DNA of 64,000 bases from Octopus vulgaris (Eukaryota), in assembly GCA_951406725.2 (NCBI GenBank), contig OX597827.1, forward strand, positions 64,232,001 through 64,296,000, given 5' to 3'. The notes below the pieces were generated by a model. The model saw nothing but the letters and a program-made list of their open reading frames with translations. It did not search any database and had not been told where the DNA came from. The position numbers and the translations under genes are program-made. Shown here piece after piece: positions 41,271 to 56,725 of this stretch (positions are counted from its first letter, which is position 1; each line of letters starts with the position of its first letter).

Positions 41271-41830
41271 ATGCCCTGATGCAGTACCAGGCAGTGGCTC
41301 TCATGGCTTCTGATCTTAACTGATTGGAAGTGTTATCATGTACATTGTTTTGTCTTGGTATAAAAGATGGGCTACAGCAAATATTCTGCTCAATACCACA
41401 GATTTGCTTGTCAGTTGTTTGACCTTAACCAGTTGAGCATGTCCCTTAGTGGCTGACGATATGTGCATCTCTGATCACGAGCAGAAGTAGTGGGGGAGCA
41501 TCATAGCCATGTGTTGAGAAGGATTCTTTGGGGGTTTGAATAATTCACCTCTGGAAACATGGGTGTTTCGTTCAACGTCCTTAAACAACCCTTATTCAGG
41601 GACCTTTTGAGCGGGATGGGTTACTCGATCTGAAGAAAATTCTAACTGGGCTCCACCTGCAAGGTCATGTGCTGTTTATCTTGATATGAGATCACCATGT
41701 CGCGCACATATGGTTGTGATGCATGTGCCTGGTGTACCCTTATCAGACGGGTAGTCATGATGGGTATACTGGGCTTCGTATATTTTACCCCAGTGTCACT
41801 TTGATGGCATGCTCTGCTCGCTCACTCAAT
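41271..41830 (+). mobile_element. Family D retroposon, apparently full length (560 bp), in (AAT)n
   Basis: (AAT)n-atgccctgatgcagtaccaggc...ctcactc-(AAT)n. Five copies in the window. No ORF and no tRNA head. Confidence 0.9.
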
Positions 41831-42001
41831 AATAATAATAATAATAATGGTTTCAAATTTTGTCACAAGGTCAACATGTCGTAATTAACTGATCCTCTTG
41901 TGTTTTCTATTACCCAAATCCAGATACTTTTTAGCACCACTCGAGTGTGTGTGTGTGTGCGTGTGTGTATACATACATACATACATACATACATACATAC
42001 A

Positions 42002-42095
<94 letters not shown>

Positions 42096-42239
42096 ATGCC
42101 CAGGTATCGAAACCATAATGATATCAGTGTGGCAGCTGATGATGGAGGTATGTTGGATTGTTGGCATGGCTGTGGAATAGTATTATAACACATGCTTTTG
42201 ATATATATATATATATAAAGTGGTGGTATGTTGTGAACT

Positions 42240-42455
42240 TAATGTGACAGTCCCATGAAAGGGAATATACTACTGCTATTTAGCCCTAGGAAGCACCGCT
42301 TTCTGTCGGCCTTGACACATTTCCTGTGTCCTTATGTTTACAAGGGTGGGGAGGGGAGATAAGCACCTCCACCCAGCAAAGCCAACATCCAGAGACCAGT
42401 TTCTGAGTCATTTCTCGCCGTCAGTCTGGAGTAGTATGGCTTGCTAGCTGTCGAT
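42240..42455 (-). mobile_element. Penelope-like fragment with type-I hammerhead (42388-42430)
   Basis: Minus strand reads tccaga-CTGACGG-cgag-aaatga-ctca-GAAA-ctgG-TC-tctgga, with a 6-bp stem I and GUC site. Confidence 0.65.
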
Positions 42456-42839
42456 GCTTATCTGCCTCTGTAAACATATAATAATTCAAGTGATATACAT
42501 TCACTGATTCCGAAAATAGAAAATAGAAATAATACATTTCTAAATCTCTCTGAGAGATTTAGAAATGTATTATATATACATATATATATATATACATATA
42601 TACAAAGAGAGAGAGAGAGAGAGTGTGAAAGAGAAAGATATGCATGCATACATATGTATGTATGTATACGATGGACTTTCACAGTTTCCATCAACCAAAT
42701 TCCCCCGTAAGGCATTAATTGGCCTGGGGTTCTCCAGTAAAAGATATTCCCCAAGGTCTCACGCAGCGGGATTGAATCGAAAATCTCGTATTTACAAAGA
42801 GAGCTTCTAAATCACACATCTACATCTGCTGGGTTATTA

Positions 42840-42900
<61 letters not shown>

Positions 42901-43645
42901 CATTATCATTTTTATTATTATTATTATTACTATTATTATTATTTTCCCCTACAATTCCGGGTTAGTGAAAACAACTTTTTTGATTTAAGAATAGCTCTGT
43001 TGGCAGACTTGAAAAATAAAACGCAGTTCAATCTTGGATATCAAAGCTAGCAGAACAAATACAAGGAGATGAATTACAAACAAAATAATAATAATAGCAC
43101 CGTAGTATTGAAGGCCTGTGTTTGCATGTGATATACGCGTAAACAAGATGAAGCCAAGCTTTCAGGGGAGACAACCTTTTGAATCAAAATAATGGCAACC
43201 ATTTTGGCAGTTAAGTATCATCCATTTCTTCCTCACAACTGAACGCGATATGGAAATAAGGTAATAACTTTTATTCGTTTAGTTGTTTTAGCCATTGAGC
43301 TGCGGCCATGCTGGAGCACTCCTAGAAGGGTTCGGGTTTAGTCGAAGAAAAAAAAAGCGACCCCATTTTTTAATGTTTTTAGTCTTTTTTTTTTCTTTTC
43401 AAGCCTGGTGTTTATTTTATCGATCAATCATTTTGCTGAAACGCTAGGTAACGAGAACGTAAACAAACCAACACATATGTGTGTGTGTGCATTTGTATGT
43501 ATATATATATATATACATATATATATACATATATAAACATATATATATATATATATACATATATATACATATATAAACATATATATATATACATATATAT
43601 ATACATACATATATACACACACACATATATATATATATATGTATG

Positions 43646-43679
<34 letters not shown>

Positions 43680-44022
43680 TGTATGTATGTATGTATGTGT
43701 GTGTGTATGTATCTATGTATATATGTATATGTATATATGTGTATATCAAATTCTCGCATAAAGCTTGGAAGACAAAACTGCTCAAAGTGCTTCGCAATTG
43801 AACTGACCCCGAAACCACGTGGTTACTATCATAACTACGCTGACATATATGCGCCTTATTTTCTAATTTTCTTGAGGTTGGAAATCGCCATAGTGGAACT
43901 ACGGCTGAAAACGGCTATGTTGATGAACTACTATTTCAGTAAGCGCTGCACAGAATTAACTGATCCTCCTGTATTTTCTTTTACCCAAAGCCAGGAACTT
44001 TTCAGCGTCGTATGCATTCATA

Positions 44023-44427
44023 GGTGTAGGAGTGGCTGTGTGGTAAGTAGCTTGTTTACCAACCACATGGTTCCGGGTTCAGTCCCACTGCGTGGCACCT
44101 TGGGCAAGTGTCTTCTACTATAGCCTCGGGCCGACCAAAGCCTTGTGAGTGGATTTGGTAGACGGAAACTGAAAGAAGCCCGTCGTATTTATGTATGTAT
44201 ATATGTTGTGTATGTTTGTGTGTCTGTGTTTGTCTCCCCAACATCGCTTGACAACCGATGCTGGTGTGCTTACGTCCCCGTAACTTAGCGGTTCGGCAAA
44301 AAAGACCGATAGAATAAGTACTAGGCTTACAAAGAATAAGTCCTAGGGGTAGATTTTCTCGACTAAAGGCGGTGCTCCAGCATGGCCATAGTCAAATGAC
44401 TGAAACAATTAAAAGAGTAAAAGAGTA
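44023..44427 (+). mobile_element. SINE family B, full length
   Basis: Matches family B. Confidence 0.92.
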
Positions 44428-44429
44428 TT

Positions 44430-44576
44430 CGGTGGTCTAGCTGTGATGGGGACGGCAATGGAGGTGGTCCGTCCTGGGCGACGCTTTCATGGGAGCGACA
44501 TTTTGAGGCACGGATTGAAGGTGACAGCAAACCCAAGGGCTAACCCCGGGCGACACACGCTGTAGCTATACCACTA
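44430..44576. mobile_element. Possible small MITE
   Basis: Imperfect TIRs gtggtctagct and agctataccac, with a GC-rich interior. Confidence 0.4.
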
Positions 44577-45199
44577 TGTGCACTTACTGTCCATCTTCAT
44601 CTTGTTGGATGTAGACTCCGTTGCATTGATGTAGCAAGCCAACACAAGATGGGAAGCACATATCAAAGCCATACATGTCATAAACGAAGAATCACAAATT
44701 AATTACACTGTGTAACAAAATTTTTATTCATTTATTTATTTAGCTTTTGTCTTTGGTCAGTAAGTGTTATTTCCTATTTGCTTCTATCTAGAAATCAAAG
44801 GAAATGACTACTATTCCCTTCAACCCTTTTCTTTGTGACCTGGACATCAATGTTTTCAAGCTGACCTATGTTCCATTACTTTTCAGACAGATTCAACGCT
44901 GAGTTGCTGAAGCAGAATTTTCTCGAACTTACTGGCAGTATAAATTACAGAGATTGTAAGTTCAACAGTTCAGTTTACTTCTAGCTGTTCAAGTGGAGAC
45001 AGGTTTGAGAAAAAGCAAAGTTTGACGGAAATATTAGCCATTTTCCATGCTTTCTAGGGGTAAGCAAATAGGAAACAACAATTGCTACCCAAGGATAAAA
45101 ATCGTGTTACACAGTGTAATAGATGCTCTAAAATCATTCCTATATTTCGTTTTTGGATTTGGTTTGCAAAATTCTTTATATGAGTTCGTGTGTTGAAGC

Positions 45200-45733
45200 A
45201 TATTCTGTTGTGTCTGGGGAGAGTCATTTTCTTTTTGTGCCTTATAATTTAACACGCTCACCGGTAAAATGTCCACTTATTTCTTATTATTATTTTCCTA
45301 AAAGTTTCGTTGCGTCTTGCAACCTTTCCAAGACTAGAGAGTCAAGACTATCGAAAAGGTTGCAAGACGCAACGAAAATTTTATGAAAATAATAATAAGA
45401 AATAATTGGAAATTTTACCGGTGAATGTGTTAAATTATATATTTCTTTACTGCCCACAAGGGGCTAAACATAAAGGGGACAAACAAGGACAGACAAAGGG
45501 ATTAAGTCGATTATATCGACCCCAGTGCGAAACTGGTACTTAATTTATCGACCCCGAAAGGATGAAAGGCAAAGTCGACCTTGGCGGAATTTGAACTAAG
45601 AACGTAACGACAGACGAAATACTGCTAAGCATTTCGCCCGGCGCGCTAACGTTTCTGCCAGATCGCCGCCTTTTAGTGTGTTAAATTATAAGGCACAAAA
45701 AGAAAATGACTCTCCCCAGACACAACAGAACAT
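45200..45733. mobile_element. Foldback/MITE-like hairpin (~127-bp arms, ~25-bp loop), right arm split by a family C SINE
   Basis: 45200-45326 is the reverse complement of 45352-45439 plus 45691-45733. Confidence 0.88.
45440..45676 (-). mobile_element. SINE family C, full length
   Basis: 14-bp TSD tgtgttaaattata at 45426-45439 and 45677-45690. Confidence 0.93.
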
Positions 45734-46169
45734 TCCTATACCAATTAAAATGAAATGGGTGTGCAAGAATGCAAGCCAGTACTGTTCTGGTACATATGAA
45801 GAAATCGGAGTTTGTTTTTATGCCATCCGTGCAGTATCCTTTGCTGCATGAGATTCACAAAATCAATAAAGTTTTTGAAGTCTCACAGAAAGCAACTGGA
45901 ATATTTACGAATCTGTGCATGCCATTTCTAGTCACGCTCCATTTTGTACACCATATTCAAGAATAATTTTAATATTGAACAAGCTAAAAGCCACGCTATC
46001 TCATGCATGTAAATGAATGATTTTTGCAGCATTCATTGGGGAACGCTGTCATCTTGGTCACCTACATCCCACGGTAACCGGGTAACCGACCCTACGAGTC
46101 CTAGATTGATGTTAATGATGATAATGATGATAACGACGATGACGACGACGACGACGACGACGACGACGG

Positions 46170-46200
<31 letters not shown>

Positions 46201-46223
46201 AACGAAGATGATGATTATTATCA

Positions 46224-46435
46224 TGGTGAGCTGGTAGAATCGGCAGCACGCCCGGCAAAATGCTTTGCGGCATTTCGTCCGTCTTTACGTTCTGAGTTCG
46301 AATTCCACCGAAGTCGACTTTGCCTTTCATCCTTTCGCGGTCGGTGAAATACGTATCAGTTACGCACTGGGGTCAATATAATCAACTGGCCCCTTCTACA
46401 AATTTTCAGGCCTTGTACCTATAGTAGAAAGGATT
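46224..46435 (+). mobile_element. SINE family C variant with a different tail
   Basis: tggtgagctggtagaatcg..gttctgagttcgaattcc..gtcgactttgcctttcatcc..caggccttgtacctatagtagaaagg. Confidence 0.8.
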
Positions 46436-46469
46436 ATTATTATTACTATTAATTATAATGACTATTTTT

Positions 46470-46661
46470 TTTTTGTTTCAGTCATTTGACTGCGGCCATG
46501 CTGGAGCACTGCCTTTTAGTCGAGCAACTCGACCCCAGGACTTATTCTTTGTAAGCCTGGTACTTATTCTATCGGTCATTTTTGCCTAACCGCTAAGTGA
46601 CGGGGACGTAAACACACCAGCATCGGTTGTCAAGCAATGCTAGGGGGACAAACACAAACAC

Positions 46662-46752
<91 letters not shown>

Positions 46753-46880
46753 CATATATACGACGGGCTTCTTTCAGTTTCCGTCTACCAAATCCACTCA
46801 CAAGGCTTTGGTCGGCCCGAGGTTATAGTAGAAGACACTTGCACAAGGTGCCACGCAGAAGCATGTGGTTGGTAGCGCCT
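46470..46880 (-). mobile_element. SINE family B with head deletions
   Basis: Reverse complement of family B. Confidence 0.88.
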
Positions 46881-47054
46881 ATGATTATGATTATTAATTA
46901 TAATGATTATTATGATTATTATTCTTATGATTATTAATTATAATTATGATGGAAACATACAAGGGCAATAAATGAAGCCGGTAGAAAGCTTTCCGCAAGA
47001 GACATTTTTTTGTGAATGGATTCCTTTATTTCTATAATAGACATCCATAAAGTA

Positions 47055-47279
47055 ATACAGTCCCATATTTAAGAGATGAGGAATTATGTGCATTATTTAC
47101 ATTGTTTACATTATTTACATTCAACGGATATTTGTCCTCGTCTTTATTTGTTGTTAACACAACGTTTCGGCTGATACACCCTCCAGTCTTCTTCGGGTGT
47201 CTTGGGGAAATTTCTAACCTGGGTTCTCATTCCTAAGATATTTTTCGATGTTATCATTATTGTTATTGTTATTATTATT

Positions 47280-47333
<54 letters not shown>

Positions 47334-47440
47334 ATTATTATTATTATTATTATTATTGTTTAGGTCACTGCTTGGAATCGAATTCGGAATCTTGGGGGTT
47401 AGTAGCCCGCGCTCTTAACCACTACGCCTTATGCTCGTGG

Positions 47441-47441
<1 letters not shown>
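47055..47441 (-). mobile_element. Composite element: tRNA-like head, (AAT/AAC)n linker and hammerhead-bearing tail
   Basis: Head aggcgtagtggttaagagcgcgggctactaacccccaagattccgaattcgattcc. Hammerhead-like fold at 47156-47201. Confidence 0.65.
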
Positions 47442-47513
<72 letters not shown>

Positions 47514-47515
<2 letters not shown>

Positions 47516-47956
47516 TGTCGAAAAATACCTTAGGAATGAGAACTCAGGTTCGAAATTTCCCCAGGAGGAAAATGAAGGCTGGAGGGTGCATCAGCCGAAA
47601 CGTTGTGTTAACAACAAACAAGATGAGGACAAATAGCCATGTGTTGAGAAGGATTCTTTGGGGTTTGAATAATTCACCTCTGGAAACATGGGTGTTTCGT
47701 TCAACGTCCTTAAACAACCCTTATTCAGGGACCATTTGAGCAGGATGGGTTACTCGATCTGAAGAAAATTCTAACTGGGCTCCACCTGCAAGGTCATGTG
47801 CTGTTTATCTTGATATGAGATCACCATATCGCGCACATATGGTTGTGATGCATGTGCCTGGTGTACCCTTATCAGACGGGTAGTCATGATGGGTATACTG
47901 GGCTTCGTATATTTTACCCCAGTGTCACTTTGATGGCATGCTCTGCTCGCTCACTC

Positions 47957-47991
<35 letters not shown>

Positions 47992-48135
47992 TGTCGAAAA
48001 ATACCTTAGGAATGAGAACTCAGGTTCGAAATTTCCCCAGGAGGAAAATGAAGGCTGGAGGGTGCATCAGCCGAAACGTTGTGTTAACAACAAACAAGAT
48101 GAGGACAAATACCCGTTGAATGTAAATAATATCCA
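47514..48135 (+). mobile_element. Tail module duplicated (122 bp) around a 5'-truncated family D insertion (47633-47960)
   Basis: 47514-47635 and 47990-48111 read identically. Confidence 0.88.
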
Positions 48136-48181
48136 TAGAGTAAACCCGCGCAGAACAACAGTCTACTAAACTTACTGCACG

Positions 48182-48375
48182 CCATCGGTTACGACGACGA
48201 GGATCCCAGCTGATACGATTAACGGAACAGCCTGCTCGTGAAATTAACGTGCAAGTGGCTGAGCAATCCGCAGATTCGTGTGCCTTTAACGTAGTTCTCG
48301 GGGAGATTCAGCGTGACACAGAGTGTGACAAGGCTGACACCTTGAAATACAGGTATTACTCATTTTTGCCAGCCG
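48182..48375 (-). mobile_element. SINE 3' fragment with A1-type tail
   Basis: Matches 1-190. Confidence 0.8.
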
Positions 48376-48566
48376 TCATTTTTGACGGCACGGGACCAGC
48401 TAGTTATATTAGTTTATATTCTCTGTGACGAGATAATGAGGATATAGAAATGGTATTGAATGGATTGGGCCCTTTGTTGTTCTATACAAACTACAAGAAA
48501 CTTAAACGAAAAAGAAAAAAATAACAACAACAACAAAAAAAAACTCGATCACATTTGTATTTTCTA

Positions 48567-48963
48567 TACTCTCTCCTTACTCTTTTACTTGTTTCAGTAA
48601 TTTGACTGCGGCCATGCTGGAGCACCGCCTTTAATCGAGCAACTCGACCCCGGGACTTATTCTTTGTAAGCCCAGTACTTATTCTCTCGGTCTCTTTTGC
48701 CGAACCGCTAGGTGACGGGGACGTAAACACACCAGCATCGGTTGTCAAGCAATGCTAGGGGGACAAACACAGACACACACATACATACATACATACATAC
48801 ATATATACGACAGGCTTCTTTCAGTTTCCGTCTACCAAATCCACTCACAAGGCATTGGTCGGCCCGGGGCTATAGCAGAAGACACTTGCCCAAGATGCCA
48901 TGCAGTGGGACTGAACCCGGAACCATGTGGTTGGTAAGCAAGCTACTTACCACACAGCCACTC
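48567..48963 (-). mobile_element. SINE family B
   Basis: Reverse complement of 12992-13406. Confidence 0.92.
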
Positions 48964-48980
48964 AGATTTTCAATATGATA

Positions 48981-49190
48981 AGGCGGCGAGAATCGTTAGG
49001 ACGCCGGGTGAAATGATTCGTGGTGTTTCGCCTGTCTTTATGTTCTGAGTTCAAATTCCGCCGAGGTCGACTTTGCCTTTCATCCTTTTGGGGTCGATAA
49101 ATTAAGTACCAGTTGCGTACTAGGGTCGGTCTAATCGACTGGCCCCCTCCCACTGAAATTTCGGGCCTTGTGCCTAGAGTTGAAAAGAAT
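48981..49190 (+). mobile_element. SINE family C variant
   Basis: Same tail type as the 46224 copy. TSD-like attttcaatatgat at 48966 and 49191. Confidence 0.85.
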
Positions 49191-49503
49191 ATTTTCAATA
49201 TGATGTTGCGCAACCTGGTAGTTAGGGTGTTGTATTTAAGATCGCGAGATCGTGGTTTCGATTCCTGGATCGGGCGATGCATTTTATTCTTGAGTAAAAC
49301 ACTTCATTTCACGTTTGCACTACGCTCACGTCGGTATCCCACGTGTGACACACTATGCACCTGTGTACAGCACAAACATCTAATTACTATAAATAAATCA
49401 TGTGTGCCGCATATTCAGCAAGAAATTACAGAATCCCCTTACTCGGACACGACTAGCTACTTACGAAAACAAAACAATGTCTGAAAAAGCTGAAAAGGTA
49501 AAT

Positions 49504-49809
49504 ATCACGTAATCACGTGACCGACAAGGCTATCAGATGTTGTTGCACATCGCTAGTCACAATGCGCTTCGCATTGTTTTAGCCTTCGAATGACGCCACC
49601 CCGTTGGCTAAGCGAGCAGGCCAACAGAAGAAAGAGTGAAAGTTGCGGTGAAAGAGTACAGCAGGGATCGCCACCCCCCTCCTGCTGGAGCCTCGTGGAG
49701 CTTTAGGTGTTTTCGTTCAGTAAACTCTCACAACGCCCGGTCTGGGAATCGAAACCGCGATCCTACGACCGCGAGTCCGCTGCCCTAATCACTGGGCCAT
49801 TGCGCCTCC
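49504..49809 (-). mobile_element. SINE family A2
   Basis: Reverse complement of 26225-26540, with TSD gaaaaggtaaatat. Confidence 0.9.
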
Positions 49810-49851
49810 AAGAAAAGGTAAATATAAAAAGGTAAATACGTATACACACGT

Positions 49852-50151
49852 GGAGGCACATGGCCTAGTGGTTAGAGCAGCGGACTCGTGGCCGAGGGAT
49901 CGCGGGTTCGAATCTCAGACCGGGCGATGTGTGTGTTTATGAGCGAAACACCTAAGCTCCACGCGGCTCCGGCAGAAGGTAATGGCGAACTTCTGCTGAC
50001 TCTTTCGCCACAACTTTGTCTCACTCTTTCCTCCTGCATCTTGCAGCTCACCTGCGACGGACCGGCGTCACCGTTCAGGTGGGGGAACCTATACGCCAAG
50101 GAAACAGGAAAACCGGCCCTATGAGCCAGGAATGGCTTGAGAAGGAACAAA
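49852..50151 (+). mobile_element. SINE family A, subtype A3
   Basis: A-like head with a third type of tail. TSD acgtatacac at 49838 and 50151. Confidence 0.85.
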
Positions 50152-50165
50152 CGTATACACCCCCA

Positions 50166-50211
<46 letters not shown>

Positions 50212-50554
50212 TTTTGGTTTGCAGGAAGCTTAATGTGAATTCGTGTATTGGAACAAATTTTGTTGTGTCTTTGAAGAGTCATTACGTCAATATTACTAAC
50301 ACAAGTACAACCAAATGACTAATAATTAAGGAATTAAATTGAATCAGTGCGTGTGTAATTGATAGTAGCATAATGACCCTCCTAAGGCACAACTATTTCT
50401 TGTACATATAGATGAAATTCAGACTTTTTTTGTTGGTTATTTAATTCATATAGAGATTTACCGTAGCCCCCGGCTAATTTGTAATTAATTGTTGAGCACT
50501 CCCGGTGAATAGATGTCATCACAAAATGAATTGATATTTGCAATTTATTCATAT

Positions 50555-50655
<101 letters not shown>

Positions 50656-50795
50656 GTGTGTGTGTGTGTATGCGTACATACATATATATATATATTTATG
50701 TGTAACAACTACACGCGCGTTTACTCACACATACATACATACATGCATACATACATACATACATGCATATATACATACATATATATACACACACA

Positions 50796-50853
<58 letters not shown>

Positions 50854-50930
50854 CAGACACAGGGAGTGAGACACACACATAAACACATATACACATGCAT
50901 GTATGTATGTATAAATAGATAAATGTGTGA

Positions 50931-50974
<44 letters not shown>

Positions 50975-51218
50975 GTACAATAATGGCTACATTCCAAGGA
51001 TACGCTACACTTGCGATGTTGTGGCATTGTATTTTGAATCATACTCACGCAAACACACACACACACACACAGACATATGCACACGCATCCATCCATACAT
51101 GTGTGCGTATGTGTATATGTATGGTGTATATATATTATATAACGTTAAACATATTGGGGAAATATACTTCTACCACCACCACCACCACCACCACCACCAC
51201 CACTAGCACCACCACCAT

Positions 51219-51280
<62 letters not shown>

Positions 51281-51484
51281 ATGAAGGCCACGACTACCAC
51301 GGCAAACAATTTATTCCACTTTCAAATTGCTTATACACACGCGTTATATACAAGTGTACACACATAACAGCGTTCATACAAGTGCATAATTATATATATA
51401 TATATTTATATCTCAAGAAACCTTTCAACATCAACAATCTCTCTCTCTCTCCCTCTCTCTCTCTGTTTTTTTTCTCTTTTTCGC

Positions 51485-51535
<51 letters not shown>

Positions 51536-51686
51536 GACATACGCACAAATCTGTGCGCAAACGCGCTTATATCAAAACACATGCATCTACGCATGTAATA
51601 GAAAAAATATACACATACATACATACATACATAATGGAGATATTATACAAGCATACACAAGCATACAAGAGTTTGTGTGTGTGTGC

Positions 51687-51748
<62 letters not shown>

Positions 51749-51795
51749 ATATGTATATATGTTCTTTTATTCTTTTATATGTTTCAGCCATATGG

Positions 51796-51853
<58 letters not shown>

Positions 51854-51934
51854 AGAATTTACGACAAAAAACAAAAGACGAAGATAGGTGGTGTACAAAA
51901 CAAACAGATGTATTAGTATTACGCTCAGGAATAG

Positions 51935-51970
<36 letters not shown>

Positions 51971-51976
<6 letters not shown>

Positions 51977-52351
51977 GAAGTTTGCAGAAAAACAAAAGAC
52001 GAAGACAGGTGTACGAACAACCAGCAGGATGTATTAGTTTGACGCACGGGAAAATGAGAAAGTCTTTTACGTTTCGAGCCTACGCTCTTCTACAGAAAGG
52101 GACACAGAAAAAACAAGGAGAGAAAAGAAGGAGAGAATATATATATATATAAATATATTTAAGCAATAATAAATTTCTGATCAGCAAGTTTTTTATTTTA
52201 TTCTCTCTCTGTTCATTTTCTCATATTCCTTTTTGTTGAAGAGCGTAGGCTCGAAACGTAAAAGACTTTCTCATTTTCCCGTGCGTCAAGCTAATACATC
52301 CTGCTGGTTGTTCATACACCTGTCTTAGTCTTTTGTTTTTCTGCAAACTTC

Positions 52352-52357
<6 letters not shown>
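51971..52357. mobile_element. Inverted pair of Penelope-like cassettes, each with a hammerhead-like motif
   Basis: 51971-52100 is the reverse complement of 52228-52357. Motifs at 52063-52100 (-) and 52228-52265 (+). Confidence 0.8.
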
Positions 52358-52410
<53 letters not shown>

Positions 52411-52413
<3 letters not shown>

Positions 52414-52592
52414 CCTCGTGTGTACCGTTGGCGATTTTTTTTTCCTCTGTCTTCCCTTCTCTGGATCTTTCCTTCTCCTATGTTTCCGACGAAGAGCTCC
52501 GCTCGAAACGTTAAGCCCTCCTTCTTCTATATCTGCTCCACGTCCTCGCGTTGTTGTGTTTTTTGTGTGTTTTCTTATTTGGATTAACTTTA
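52411..52592 (+). mobile_element. Penelope-like cassette with hammerhead-like motif (52482-52516)
   Basis: Reads gttt-CCGACGA-A-gagc-tcc-gctc-GAAAcgTT-aagc. Confidence 0.7.
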
Positions 52593-52600
52593 TATATATG

Positions 52601-52666
<66 letters not shown>

Positions 52667-53224
52667 TCTGTGTGTGTATATACATAATATATATATATAT
52701 ATACATGTCTCTGTGTGTGTATATATATATATATATTTGAAACAGACATACATACATACACAGAAACATACGCAAACATACATACATACACATACATAAA
52801 GACACAAACGTACATACATGCATGCATGCATACATGCATACATGCATCCATCCATCCATCCATACATACATACATACATACATACATACATACATCACTG
52901 ACACGAGCGTAGAACTGACACAGTTGTTTAGCTTAGCCACAAGTCAACCGTGATCGATCAAACCTATCATGAAAGGCTTTCCAACTATGACCATCCAGTG
53001 CTTTTATTTATAAATGGCTGAATTATCAAAAATACTCTTCCCTTTCAGCATAGATATTATACGACTTTTGAGGAACATTTGCCTGCTATGTTTAGCGGAT
53101 CGAGCGGCTACCTGACGGCAAAATGAATACGGTGTAATGTACAGAAGATATACACCAATGAATATATATGTTTATACACCTTGTAGTATATCATGTATAT
53201 AGTATGTGTAGAAAATATATGACT

Positions 53225-53287
<63 letters not shown>

Positions 53288-53349
53288 AATGTTTAAATAT
53301 TAATAACAGACATGCCTATAGATATATACAGGTAACAGTAAATAGAATA

Positions 53350-56530
<3,181 letters not shown>

Positions 56531-56648
56531 AAGTGAAACTCCGAGTAACAGGTTTTGTTGAATTTCTGCTGCTTTTAAATAAAGCATATTACTCTACCCC
56601 TGGTATTTGAGTACTCTTTTTTTCCACCTTGTTTCACATTTATGTGTT

Positions 56649-56725
<77 letters not shown>

